A stretch of 64,000 nt of DNA from an uncultured Acidobacteriota bacterium. GTDB taxonomy: Bacteria > Acidobacteriota > Thermoanaerobaculia > Multivoradales > UBA5704. The stretch lies in contig CAVYRF010000002.1 of assembly GCA_963770895.1 (NCBI GenBank), positions 5,408,001-5,472,000 on the forward strand, given 5' to 3'. The notes under the pieces were generated by a model that saw only the letters and a program-made list of their open reading frames with translations, did not search any database and had not been told where the DNA came from. How positions within the stretch are numbered: position 1 is the stretch's first letter; the number at the start of each line of letters is the position of its first letter. Positions 19,858 through 42,246 of this stretch are shown here, piece by piece. The translations under genes were made by a program, and so were the position numbers.

Positions 19858-22335
19858 TTAGTCGGTGCGCAGGGCGACGACGGGCGGGACGTGAGTGGCT
19901 TTGCGGCCCGGGATGTAGGTGGCGATCAGCACGGTGAGAATCAGGCCCAGGGCGACGGCGGCGAAGGTGATGGGGTCGGTGGTCGAAACGCCGTAGAGCA
20001 GGGAGCCCATCAGGCGGGTCATCACCACGGCGGCGGCCAGGCCGATGACGATGCCGAGGGCGGCCAGGCGGGCAGCTTCCATCAGCACCATGCGCAGCAC
20101 CGTGCCGGATTCGGCGCCGAGCGCCATGCGCAGGCCCAGCTCGCGCGTGCGTTGCGAGATGGAGTAGGCGGTGACGCCGTAGATGCCGATGATCGCCAGC
20201 ACCAGGGCGAGGCCGCCGAACAGGCCGAGCAGCATGACGCTGAAGCGGGGCTTGTCGACCGAGGTGGCGACCATCTGGTCGAGGGTGCGGATGCGCGACA
20301 CCGGCTGGCTGGGATCGACCTGGTTGACGGCGCCGCGCACCGCCGGCACCAGCGACATCGGGTCGACCGAGGTGCGCATGGCGATGCGCATCAGGAAGTT
20401 GACCATCATCGGGTTCTGCACCGGCACAAAATACATCTGCGACTGCAGATCGCCCATCAGGCCCGCTTCGCGCACGCTGCCGACGACGCCGACGATGGTG
20501 TACGGCGCGGGATTGGTCTTGCCCAGCAGCAGGTGCTTGCCGATGGGGTCTTCGTTGCCGAAGTAGTTTTTTGCCAACGTCTCGTCGATCATGACCACCT
20601 TGAGCGATTCGGCGGTGTCGGCGCTGCTGATCAGCCGGCCGCGCAGCAGCGGGATGTGCATCATCTCGAAGTAGCCGGGATCGGCGGCGCGCTGCAGCGC
20701 CACCTGGCCCAGGCCCTGCTCCGAAACCACGGTCCTGGGCGCCTGGCCTTCGATCTTGAACATCCGGAAGCCGCCGTCGCCGTCCATCGGCAGGTCGGAG
20801 ACGACGTAGGCCGAGGTCACCCCGGGCAGGGCGCGGATCTTGTCGACCACCCGTTCCAGGAACGGCAGCCGCGTCGCCACCGGGTAGCGATCCATCGGCA
20901 GGGCCAGCTCGATGGTCAGCGCCCGGGACGGGTTGAAGCCGGGATCGACGTCCAGCAGGTGCATGAAGCTGCGCATCAGCAGGCCGGCGCCGATCAGCAG
21001 CAACGTCGCGAGCGCCACTTCCGCGGCGACCAGGATGTTGCGCGTGCGATGGCTCTTGGCCGTGCCGGCGCCGGCGCGGGTCCCTTCGCGCAGCGACCCG
21101 GAGAGATCGGGGCGCGTCATCTGGAGAGCCGGTGCCAGACCGGCGAACAGGCTGGCCAGGATGCACAGCAGAGCGGTAAAGCCGATGGCGCGCGCGTCCA
21201 GCGAGAAGCCGCCGACGACCGCCAGGCCGACAGGAATGGACGCCGAGAAGGTGCGCAGCGCGATCTCGGCGAGGACGATGCCGATCGCGCCGCCGAGCAG
21301 GGCCAGCAGGCCGCTCTCGGTGAGCAGCTGGCCGATCAGCTGGCCGCGGCTGGCGCCCATCGCCATGCGCAGAGCGATCTCTTTCTGGCGCGACGCGGCG
21401 CGGGCGAGCAGCAGGTTGGCGACGTTGGCGCAGGCGATCAGCAGCACCAGGCCGACCGCCGCCCACAGCACGATGAGCGCCGTGCGCAGGTGACCGCGCA
21501 TCTGGTCGAGCAGCGGCTGCACGCTGGAGCTCCAGCTGGCGTCGGTCTTGGGGTACAGCTCGCCAAGGCGCAGGCTCAGGGCCTGCAGCTCGGATTGCGC
21601 CGCCGCCACCGTCACCCCCGGACGCAGCCGCCCGATCACCACGTCGTAGCGCACCGTGCGGTTCTGCCGCGCGTCGGCGTTGAGCGCGGTCGGCGCCCAC
21701 AGGTCGGTTTCGGGGGCAAACCCGTAGGGGCCGGGCGTTTCGAAGCCGCCCAGCGGGAAGGTGAAGCGCGGCGGCATGACGCCCACCACGGTGTAGGGGT
21801 TGCCGCCCAGCTGGATGACCTTGCCGATGACTTCGGGGTTGGCGCCGAAACGGCGCTGCCACAGCGCGTGCGACAGCACCGCCACGGTCGATTTGCCCAA
21901 GCTGTCGTCGGCGGCGTCGAGGGTGCGGCCCAGGGCGGCATGGGCGCCCAGCACGCGGAAGAATTCACCGCTGACGCGCACGACGCCCAGCTGTTCGGGT
22001 TCGCCCTGGCCGGTCAGCGCCTGGCGGTCGGACTGCATCATGGCCAGGCGCTCGAACGAGTGGCTCATCTTCTCGAAGTCGTAAAACGCCGCGTCGGAGA
22101 CCGGACCCTTGACGCCCAGGCCCTCGGTTTGCGGCAGCTTTGTATTGGTCGCCCAGGCGATCACCAGCCGGCTGGGGTCCTGGAACGGGGGGGGAGTAAG
22201 CAGGATCGCATCGACGATGCTGAAGATCGCGGAGTTGGCGCCGACGCCCAATGCCAGCGTGAGGATCGCGGCGAAAGCGAGCTCTTTGCGCAAATTGCGA
22301 ACGGCGAGACGCAGGTTCTGGAAGAATTGGGTCAT
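19858..22335 (-). CDS. ADOP-family (acidobacterial duplicated orphan) ABC permease
   Basis: LTLALGVGANSAIFS, LLIACANVANLLLAR, RQKEIALRMAMGA, RTRELGLRMALGA and VSTTDPITF motifs. Confidence 0.93.
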   Translation of the reverse strand: MTQFFQNLRLAVRNLRKELAFAAILTLALGVGANSAIFSIVDAILLTPPPFQDPSRLVIAWATNTKLPQTEGLGVKGPVSDAAFYDFEKMSHSFERLAMMQSDRQALTGQGEPEQLGVVRVSGEFFRVLGAHAALGRTLDAADDSLGKSTVAVLSHALWQRRFGANPEVIGKVIQLGGNPYTVVGVMPPRFTFPLGGFETPGPYGFAPETDLWAPTALNADARQNRTVRYDVVIGRLRPGVTVAAAQSELQALSLRLGELYPKTDASWSSSVQPLLDQMRGHLRTALIVLWAAVGLVLLIACANVANLLLARAASRQKEIALRMAMGASRGQLIGQLLTESGLLALLGGAIGIVLAEIALRTFSASIPVGLAVVGGFSLDARAIGFTALLCILASLFAGLAPALQMTRPDLSGSLREGTRAGAGTAKSHRTRNILVAAEVALATLLLIGAGLLMRSFMHLLDVDPGFNPSRALTIELALPMDRYPVATRLPFLERVVDKIRALPGVTSAYVVSDLPMDGDGGFRMFKIEGQAPRTVVSEQGLGQVALQRAADPGYFEMMHIPLLRGRLISSADTAESLKVVMIDETLAKNYFGNEDPIGKHLLLGKTNPAPYTIVGVVGSVREAGLMGDLQSQMYFVPVQNPMMVNFLMRIAMRTSVDPMSLVPAVRGAVNQVDPSQPVSRIRTLDQMVATSVDKPRFSVMLLGLFGGLALVLAIIGIYGVTAYSISQRTRELGLRMALGAESGTVLRMVLMEAARLAALGIVIGLAAAVVMTRLMGSLLYGVSTTDPITFAAVALGLILTVLIATYIPGRKATHVPPVVALRTD

Positions 22336-22399
22336 GGCATCTGGCCGCGTTGCGGCGCCTGTCCTCCGATCGGTTTTTGATCACCCAAAAGCTCACAGC

Positions 22400-22427
22400 A
22401 TGGTATCATCTAAAGTCGCTCTGTCAA
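22400..22427 (-). promoter_or_regulatory. sigma70-like promoter for the ADOP permease
   Basis: Minus strand reads TTGACA-N16-TACCAT with a TG extension. Confidence 0.6.
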
Positions 22428-22507
22428 GGTAATACCTTCCGTTGCAGACCCATGTAGCATAGGCTTTGCGCACTACCGTCAGCCCCTGGCGTGGAGAGCT
22501 TGAAACG

Positions 22508-34702
<12,195 letters not shown>

Positions 34703-34902
34703 CCACGTGCTGCGTGCGGCGCGCCGCCGCGCGCATCGCAGATGACAGTAGCGCTGGCGCTTGCAGAGCCATACGGATGCGGCGGCGGAAACCATCCCGG
34801 CCTTCCGTAGTAGAATGGAAAACAAGAACTGACGAAGGGATGTGAACATGCCAAATAATGCCTCATTGGCAATGTGTCTATATTCGCGGAAATCAGGTGC
34901 CT

Positions 34903-37900
34903 ATGTCTTCAGTCATGAAGTGTTGCTTGATGGCCGTTATCGGTCTCGCCAGCTTCTCGGGAGCGCACGCCGGCACAATGACCGCGCCGCGGCCTGCGAC
35001 CGACCCTTCCAGGTCCGCCGCCCGGGCGCTGGCCGCGGTGGTGGAATCGCCTGAGCCGGGGCGCACCTTTGCCGAACCGCTGCTCGCTGCGGGGAGGCCG
35101 GACGCTGGCGAAACGCGACTGCTGCGGCAGGCGATCGAGGCGTACCGCGCCGCGGCCGACGTCGAAGCGGTGCAACCGATCCTTCAGTTCCTGGATCGGC
35201 ACCCGGCTTCGGTTTGGAAGCCGTCGCTGCTTGCCAACCTGGCGGTGCTCTACCGCCATACCGGCTACCTCGATCGCGCGCTGGACGCCGCCGGCGAGGC
35301 GTGGCGGCTGACCAAGGCGTCGGCCGACCCGGAGGTGCGCAAGATCGCCGACAGCGCGCTCGCCACCTGTTTGGAGCTGGACTCTTCGCTCGGCCGGACC
35401 GACGAGCTGGCGGCGCTCCTGGTCGAGGTCCGCGATCGGCCCCTGGGAGGCCATGCGGCGGAAACCGCGTCGGGTGCGCGATCGAGCCTGTGGCAGATGC
35501 GCACCGATCCGGCAGGCTCCTTCCGCTGCGGGCCGCTGGCCCTGGAGCGGGTGAGTCAGGTGCTGCATCCCGGTGCGCCGGTGGACCGGCGCCTGCTGGA
35601 GTATCCGTCCACCTTCCAGGGCACCAGCCTGGCCGAGCTGGTGAAGCTGGCGCAGACCTCGGGCCTGGGCCTCCACGCCGTGCGGCGCGAGGCCGGCTCG
35701 CTCATCCCGGTGCCGTCCGTCGTGCATTGGAAAGCGGACCACTTTGCCGCCCTGGTCGAGGAGCGACAGGGACGCTACCGGGTGAAGGACCTGACCTTCG
35801 GCGACGATCGGTGGCTCAGCCGGCAGGCGGTGGAAGAAGAGTCGACCGGCTATCTGCTGGTGCCGCAGAGCGCGGGTCCGCGGCCCGGCTGGCGGGCGGT
35901 GGCAGAGTCCGAGGCCGCCGGGGTGCGCGGCCGCGGTGTGAGCGCCAACCCCAACCCGGGCGCCACGACGCCGGGCGATCCGAAGAAGCCCCAGCTGCCC
36001 GGCGACTGCAACGCCGGCTCCGACAGCGGCATGCCGCGCTACAACTTCCATGCCGCGGTGATCAGCCTGAACGTGACCGATTCGCCGGTGGGGTACCGGC
36101 CGCCGCGCGGACCCGCCATGCGCTTCGGCATCACGTACAACAGCCGCGAGGACTTTCAGCCCAGCACCTTCACCTTCCCCAACCTGGGGCCGCGCTGGAA
36201 TTTCGACTGGCTCTCCTACGTCGAGGACGACGACCCCAACCTCAACGGCAGCACCATCCGTGTGGCGGAGCGCGGCGGCGGCTCGTACGTGCTGCCGCAG
36301 TCTTCAGGTGCATCGTGGATGTATGGACCCAACGCCCGCGGCTCCCACGAGACGGTGACGCGGCTGTTCGCCAGCGGCGGCACGACGACCATCGGCTTTG
36401 CGCGCCAATATCCCGACGGTTCGCAGGAGGTGTATCAACAGTCGGACGGCGCCACGACCATGCGCAAGTATTTCCTCACCTCGGTGGTGGACCCGGCGGG
36501 CAACGGCGTGACCCTGAGCTACGACGCCGCGACGATGCGCCTGCTGTCGATCACCGATCCGCTGGGCCAGCAGACGACGCTCACCTACGATCCCACGGAT
36601 ATCTACAAGGTCACCGCGGTCACCGATCCGTTTGGCCGCCAGGCGGTCTTCACCTATTCCGGCGGGCTGCTGCAGAGCGTGACCGATGCGATGGGGTTGA
36701 CGTCGTCGTTCGCCTACGGTCCGCCCTACGGCGGTTCGCTCCCCGCGACCGACTTCATGAGCTCGATGACCACACCGTACGGCACCACCGCCTTTGAAAC
36801 CTATGAGCAGCAGCCCACGGACCCCAACGGCACCGCGGATCCGACGCTGCTCGGCAATACGCGCTGGCTGCTGGCGACCGACCCGGTCGGCGACCGCGAG
36901 CGGATCGAGTTCCGGCACCTGGCGCCGGGCGTCCAGCAGACGACCGGCGAACCGGTGCCGGCGGGATTCGACAACAGCAACCTTGCCTATCGCAACACTT
37001 TCTATTGGAACGCCACGGCGATGTTGACCTACAGCGATTCCGATCCCAATCGCTATCTGAATGCATCGTACCTCCAGCACTGGCTGCACGACGGCACCGG
37101 CTCGATTCCCGCCGTCGCCTCGATCCTGGAAAGCGAGCAGGCGCAGGGACAGCATCGCATCTGGTACAGCTACCCGGGCGAGCCGGCGGCGCAATATCAA
37201 GGGACGCTTTCGACACCGACCGCGGTGGCGCAGGTGCTCGATAGCGGACAGACGCAGCTGTACACCCAGACCTATGACGGCTCCGGGCGGTTGCTCAGCC
37301 GTATCGATCCGGTGGGTCGCACCTACTCCTACCACTACGCCAGCAATGGCATCGATCTGGCCTTCATCGACAACGACCTGCTCCACGAGCAGGTGATGGC
37401 CGCGGCGTACAACTCGGCGCACCGTCCGCTCTCCTATACGAATTACGCGGGACAGGCCACCGTCGCCACCTACAACAGTTTCGGCCAGCTCACCTCGGTC
37501 ACCCGGCCCGACGGGGTGGAGACCACCATCACCTACGACGGCCGCGGATTTCCCACCAAGGTGGCCCGCGTGGGCACCTCGTACCAGGAGACCTACACCT
37601 ACGACCCGGTGGGGCGCATAGAGACCTGGACCGGAACCGACGGCTATACGATGACCTTCGGCTACGACAACCTGGACCGCCTGACCGGCATCACCTATCC
37701 GGACGGCACCAGCGAACAGGTGGTGTTCAACCTCCGCGACGTGGTCCTGTATCAGGACCGCATGGGGAGGGCCACCACCTACACCTACGACGCAGCCGAC
37801 CGCCGGCAGTCGATGACCGACGCCGCCGGTCGTACGACGTACTTCTCCTGGTGCGGTTGCGGCGCCCTGGACCAGATGACCGACCCGTTGGGTCATTCGA

Positions 37901-38541
37901 CCTCCTGGTTGAACGACAACCTCAATCGCGTCGTCGGCAAGAGCATCAACGGGCAACTGAGCGTGCTGTATGGCTTTGACGGGTCCGGGCGCCTGGTCGG
38001 CAAGACCGACGCGCTCGGTCAGGTGACCAACTATTCGTACAACGTCGACAACTCCCTGGCAGCGATCGCCTATCAGAATGCAGTTCACCCCACGTCCGGG
38101 GCAACCTTCGCCTACGACCCGTTCTATCCGCGGCTCATCCAGCAGGTCGACGGCTTCGGCACCACGACCTTCACCTACTACCCGGCCGGGGTGCCGGGCG
38201 CCGGAAAGATTGCAACCATGACGGCGCCGGCGCCCAACCACACCGTGGCGTTGCAATACGACGCGATCGGCCGCCAGATTGGGCTGACCCTGGACGGCAT
38301 CGTGCAGAGCCGGTCGTTCGATGGCGAGGGCCGCCTGGCCTCGGTCACCAATCCGCTGGGGACGTTCAACCTCAGCTACGACGGTGCGTCGCCGCGCTCC
38401 ACCGGCGCCTCGTATCCCAACGGTCAGGGATCGACGCTGACCTACCTGGACGTGCTGCACGACTTCCGTCTGTCGCAGCTCGGCTGGGGGCCGGCACCGT
38501 CACTCCCACCTCGGCAGCCATCGGCACCGGCCAGACCTTGA
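34903..38541 (+). CDS. RHS/YD-repeat protein, N-terminal part: signal peptide, C39-like cysteine peptidase domain, YD repeats
   Basis: Signal-like MKCCLMAVIGLASFSGAHA. C39-like FRCGPLAL...GTSLAEL...VVHWKADHF...VKD. Many YD repeats (TYDGSGRL, TYDPVGRI, YDNLDRL). Ends in an out-of-frame-looking tail after a G5 run. Confidence 0.88.
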   Translation: MSSVMKCCLMAVIGLASFSGAHAGTMTAPRPATDPSRSAARALAAVVESPEPGRTFAEPLLAAGRPDAGETRLLRQAIEAYRAAADVEAVQPILQFLDRHPASVWKPSLLANLAVLYRHTGYLDRALDAAGEAWRLTKASADPEVRKIADSALATCLELDSSLGRTDELAALLVEVRDRPLGGHAAETASGARSSLWQMRTDPAGSFRCGPLALERVSQVLHPGAPVDRRLLEYPSTFQGTSLAELVKLAQTSGLGLHAVRREAGSLIPVPSVVHWKADHFAALVEERQGRYRVKDLTFGDDRWLSRQAVEEESTGYLLVPQSAGPRPGWRAVAESEAAGVRGRGVSANPNPGATTPGDPKKPQLPGDCNAGSDSGMPRYNFHAAVISLNVTDSPVGYRPPRGPAMRFGITYNSREDFQPSTFTFPNLGPRWNFDWLSYVEDDDPNLNGSTIRVAERGGGSYVLPQSSGASWMYGPNARGSHETVTRLFASGGTTTIGFARQYPDGSQEVYQQSDGATTMRKYFLTSVVDPAGNGVTLSYDAATMRLLSITDPLGQQTTLTYDPTDIYKVTAVTDPFGRQAVFTYSGGLLQSVTDAMGLTSSFAYGPPYGGSLPATDFMSSMTTPYGTTAFETYEQQPTDPNGTADPTLLGNTRWLLATDPVGDRERIEFRHLAPGVQQTTGEPVPAGFDNSNLAYRNTFYWNATAMLTYSDSDPNRYLNASYLQHWLHDGTGSIPAVASILESEQAQGQHRIWYSYPGEPAAQYQGTLSTPTAVAQVLDSGQTQLYTQTYDGSGRLLSRIDPVGRTYSYHYASNGIDLAFIDNDLLHEQVMAAAYNSAHRPLSYTNYAGQATVATYNSFGQLTSVTRPDGVETTITYDGRGFPTKVARVGTSYQETYTYDPVGRIETWTGTDGYTMTFGYDNLDRLTGITYPDGTSEQVVFNLRDVVLYQDRMGRATTYTYDAADRRQSMTDAAGRTTYFSWCGCGALDQMTDPLGHSTSWLNDNLNRVVGKSINGQLSVLYGFDGSGRLVGKTDALGQVTNYSYNVDNSLAAIAYQNAVHPTSGATFAYDPFYPRLIQQVDGFGTTTFTYYPAGVPGAGKIATMTAPAPNHTVALQYDAIGRQIGLTLDGIVQSRSFDGEGRLASVTNPLGTFNLSYDGASPRSTGASYPNGQGSTLTYLDVLHDFRLSQLGWGPAPSLPPRQPSAPARP

Positions 38542-41500
38542 CGTTCTATTGCACGGACAGCAACGTGCCGCCGACGATCACCCCGAGCTGCACGATGGAA
38601 ACGGACGATCCGGGGGCGGTGGGCTGGACCAGTCCCGGAACGACCTTCTCCATCCTGCACTCCGCCGGCGCGCCGGGCGGCACCTATCACTACTGGTTCG
38701 ACGGCGCCTGGGGAGGACAGGTGGTGGCGATGGTCACCGTTGTCGACATCCAGGTCAAGCCGGCGTCGATCATCGTGCTGCCCGGCACGCAACGGCAGTT
38801 CTTCTCCGAGGTGACCGGCAGCGGCCAGGCGGTGCAATGGTCCACCACCGTTCCCGGCGCGACGATCTCCAGCACAGGTCTGCTTGCGGTCCCCACCGGC
38901 ACCGCGACCGGCACCCACGCGGTGACGGTCCAGACGGTCGGCACTCCCGTCGCGCCGGCGACCGCCGTGGTGACCGTGGCCAATGCGTTGCCGGTGACCG
39001 GCGTGGCCGTCGCGCCCATCCGTTCGGTCATCGACGAGGGGCAGCAGCAGCCGTTCAGCGCCGTCGTCCTGGGGCAGAACGCCGAGCTCTACGCCAATCC
39101 GGCGGTCTCCTGGTCGGTGTCCGGTCCGGTCCCGGTGTCCATTCCGGCCGACGGCCTGTTCACCGCACCCGCGGCCGATGGCGTCTACACGGTCACCGCC
39201 ACGTCGTTGGCCGACCCGACCAGGTCGGGCTCGGCCACGGTCGTGGTCGGCGAAGACCTGACCGTGCAACCGTCCGCCGTGAGCCTTGCGCCGGGAGCTT
39301 CGCAGGCGTTCACGGCGCAGGTCAGCGGCGAGGCCAATCCGACGACCGCCTGGAGCGTCCTGGAGGGCGCGGCCGGCGGGACGATCTCGGCCGCGGGCGT
39401 CTACACCGCGCCCGCCACGGCGGGCCTCTATCATGTCGTGGCAATGGGGGCGACGGTCGACGCGCAGCTGCAGGGGATGGCCACGGTGAGCGTCGGCTCC
39501 AACCCGGAGGTTTCGGTCACCATCACCCCGGCCGAGGTCTCCCTGGTTCCCGGCGGTACGCAGCAGTTCACCGCCAGCGTCGCGGGCGTGGCCGATACCA
39601 GCGTCGCCTGGACGGCATCGGCGGGCACGATCGACGCGACCGGCTTCTTCACCGCGCCGCCGACCTACGGCACCGTCACCATCACGGCACAAAGCCACGC
39701 CAACCCCCAGGTGCTGACGTCGGCGACTGCCGAAATCGCCGGCAGCGGTCCGGTCACGTCCTTCCAGTACGACGCCGATGGCAATCTGCTGAACGACGGA
39801 ACCCGGACCTACGAATGGGACGCGGCAAACCGGCTGACGGCGGTCAACATCGGCACCCAGCGCAGTGAGTTCGGCTACGACGTCTTCGGCAGAAGGGTCC
39901 TGATCACCGAGAAAACCAACGGCACGGTGACCAGCAGCCACCATTTCATCTGGGTGGGCAACCAGATGCTCGAAGAGACCGATGCGACCTCGGCGCCCGC
40001 CGCTGGTCCGCTGGGCCTCGGCAACTTCGACGCGGTGTCCTGCAACACCATCGTGGGGTGGGCCTGGAACGCCGCCCAACCCAACACCCCGATCAGCGTC
40101 GATTTCTACAACGGGTCGACGAAGGTTGCCTCCACCTTGGCCAACACGTTCCGCAGCGACGTCCGCGCGGCCGGCGGCGGCAATGGCGACCACGGCTTCT
40201 CGTACCCCCTGCCGGCTGCCTTCAAGACCGGCACGGCACAGAGCGTCACCATCATGCTGGACGGCACGTCTACCGGCTTAGGCACCCGCTCCGTCAGCTG
40301 TCCGGCGGCAAGCCTTGCCGGTGCCTTCGGGGAGGCCGACTGCACGCAGCTCGCCGGCTGGGGCTGGGATGCCACCGAGCCGAGCTCGCCGATCGGCATC
40401 GACATCTACGACGGTTCCACCCTGCTCACCACGGTACTCGCCAACGCTTTCCGGCAGGACCTGGTCAACGCCGGCATCGGCAACGGCGATCACGGCTTCT
40501 TCCTGCCCACTCCGGTTTCCCTGAAAAACGGCGCCAGCCATGCGATCACCCTGAAGGCCGCCGGCACCTCGATCGTCCTCGGCGGCACCCGCAGCCTCAC
40601 CTGCCCGGCGCCCGCCTTCAGCGGCCATATCGACTTTGTCGATTGCACCCAGATCGCCGGCTGGGCCTGGGACGCCAATCAACCCAACGCCGCGATCGAC
40701 GTCGACATCTACGACGGCACGACCCTGCTTGCCACCATCCCCGCCAGCAACTTCCGCCAGGACCTGTTGAACGCCGGCATCGGCAACGGCGACCACGGCT
40801 TCACCTACTCGACCCCCGCGCTCTACACCGGATCGACCCACTCGATAACGGTAAACGCCGGCGGCTCGGCAACCACCATCGCCGGCACGCCCGCCACCAT
40901 CACCTGCCCCAACGAAACGATCCTCACCCTCTTCTTCCCCGAAGGGATGCAGTCCGGCCCCACCTCCTACTACTTCTCCTACGATCACCTGGCCAGCGTC
41001 CGGGAGGTCACCACCGCCGGCGGCGCCGTGGTCAGCCGTTACGACTACGACGCGTACGGCCGCCTCACCGTCAACCAAGGCACCCCGCCGCGCTTCGGCT
41101 ACGCCGGCATGTACTACCACCAGCCCTCCGGCCTCGACCTGACCAGGTACCGCGCCTGCGACCCCGACCTCGGCCGCTGGGAAAGCCGGGACCCCGCCGG
41201 CGAGCAGGTGGACTCCAACCTCTACCGTTACGTGGAAAATGACCCCACGGACCGCACCGATCCCCTGGGCCTGGGCTGGGTTGTGAACAACTCGTGCCAG
41301 AACATCGCAATTAGGAACGAGACTCCCGACTACCGAGTGACCGTCGTGCCACCAGGGACCGGTGCAAACGCGGACGGGGTCTACAACGGGATTCCGGGAC
41401 CAACTCAGGGAGTCACCGGGAATCAGTGCGGACCTTATTTCGGTGATGCAAACGGCGCCTCGGTCCTTAAGATCAACGACTGGGATTCCATTGTCGTCGA

Positions 41501-41723
41501 CGGTGGTTGCGGCGGTCAGCCTTTGCAGTGGCATTTTCTGTCGTTCGCCGATCAGTTGGTGTACTACGCGTCACACATACCCTTTATGCGACCAGACTCC
41601 GACGGCTGGAAGCAGGCGCCAGGGTGGTATGACACGTGGCGCGGTTGGAAGGTTCCTTACCAACTGTGGCCGCTCGTCTGCAGCTGTCCGCCACCGCCGG
41701 TTGCCACAGGGCCGACGAGGTAA
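38538..41723 (+). CDS. RHS protein, C-terminal part: Ig-like (Big_2-type) repeats, GWAWD repeats, RHS core and C-terminal toxin tip. Probably one gene with the upstream ORF, split by a frameshift
   Basis: Repeated VxPxxxxLxPGxxQQFTA...VxWS units. YDADGNL, YDHLASVRE, FGYAGMYY, GRWESRDP and PTDRTDPLGL autocleavage motif, followed by a lower-GC 149-aa tail. Confidence 0.88.
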   Translation: MTFYCTDSNVPPTITPSCTMETDDPGAVGWTSPGTTFSILHSAGAPGGTYHYWFDGAWGGQVVAMVTVVDIQVKPASIIVLPGTQRQFFSEVTGSGQAVQWSTTVPGATISSTGLLAVPTGTATGTHAVTVQTVGTPVAPATAVVTVANALPVTGVAVAPIRSVIDEGQQQPFSAVVLGQNAELYANPAVSWSVSGPVPVSIPADGLFTAPAADGVYTVTATSLADPTRSGSATVVVGEDLTVQPSAVSLAPGASQAFTAQVSGEANPTTAWSVLEGAAGGTISAAGVYTAPATAGLYHVVAMGATVDAQLQGMATVSVGSNPEVSVTITPAEVSLVPGGTQQFTASVAGVADTSVAWTASAGTIDATGFFTAPPTYGTVTITAQSHANPQVLTSATAEIAGSGPVTSFQYDADGNLLNDGTRTYEWDAANRLTAVNIGTQRSEFGYDVFGRRVLITEKTNGTVTSSHHFIWVGNQMLEETDATSAPAAGPLGLGNFDAVSCNTIVGWAWNAAQPNTPISVDFYNGSTKVASTLANTFRSDVRAAGGGNGDHGFSYPLPAAFKTGTAQSVTIMLDGTSTGLGTRSVSCPAASLAGAFGEADCTQLAGWGWDATEPSSPIGIDIYDGSTLLTTVLANAFRQDLVNAGIGNGDHGFFLPTPVSLKNGASHAITLKAAGTSIVLGGTRSLTCPAPAFSGHIDFVDCTQIAGWAWDANQPNAAIDVDIYDGTTLLATIPASNFRQDLLNAGIGNGDHGFTYSTPALYTGSTHSITVNAGGSATTIAGTPATITCPNETILTLFFPEGMQSGPTSYYFSYDHLASVREVTTAGGAVVSRYDYDAYGRLTVNQGTPPRFGYAGMYYHQPSGLDLTRYRACDPDLGRWESRDPAGEQVDSNLYRYVENDPTDRTDPLGLGWVVNNSCQNIAIRNETPDYRVTVVPPGTGANADGVYNGIPGPTQGVTGNQCGPYFGDANGASVLKINDWDSIVVDGGCGGQPLQWHFLSFADQLVYYASHIPFMRPDSDGWKQAPGWYDTWRGWKVPYQLWPLVCSCPPPPVATGPTR

Positions 41724-41725
41724 CA

Positions 41726-42175
41726 GTGGCCGAAGTCGTCTACGCTCTTTGCTTGGCTTGCTTGGCCGCTTGCGCTTGTATAGTGGTTGCGTGCTGGCAC
41801 GCCCTGCACAGGCGACCGAGACCCACTCGCGCCTGGCTGGTGGCGACGTTGATCCCCTTCATAGTCTTTTGCGCGGTGGTCATGTCACCCTTCCTCAGCC
41901 GCGTGCTGCTCTATCACTCTATCAACGACACCGATTACTCACCAAGTTACACCGAGCAGGGTTTCGAGGCTCTTCCCATCGGAGCTTCGCGCGCAGAGAT
42001 CGTTCGCGTTTTGGGACCACCGCTGAGCTCTGCGGATAGCGGGGACGAAATATGGCTGTATTACTCGGAACACCGCTACACAGGGCGCAGTCGGAACTTT
42101 TGGATGAAATATTTGATCTTAGATGCCAAGACCAAGACCCTAAAGAAAAAAATCGATCGATTCGCGGTCCCCTAG
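41726..42175 (+). CDS. Putative RHS immunity protein 1 (two TM helices plus an SmpA/BamE-like domain)
   Basis: GTG 2 nt after the RHS stop. Lower GC. IGASRAEIVRVLGPP...WLYYS pattern. Confidence 0.7.
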   Translation: MAEVVYALCLACLAACACIVVACWHALHRRPRPTRAWLVATLIPFIVFCAVVMSPFLSRVLLYHSINDTDYSPSYTEQGFEALPIGASRAEIVRVLGPPLSSADSGDEIWLYYSEHRYTGRSRNFWMKYLILDAKTKTLKKKIDRFAVP

Positions 42176-42246
42176 CTTGGCCGCTGACCTGGAGCTGCGC
42201 GCCGCCGCCCGTTGGCATCTCGTCGAAACTGAAGGGAGATAAGGGC

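Noticed and set aside
35500..35830. The RHS C39-like domain as the protease for the double-Gly peptide at 46162
   Set aside because: It is 10 kb away and part of a Sec-secreted toxin rather than a PCAT transporter. There is no supporting evidence.
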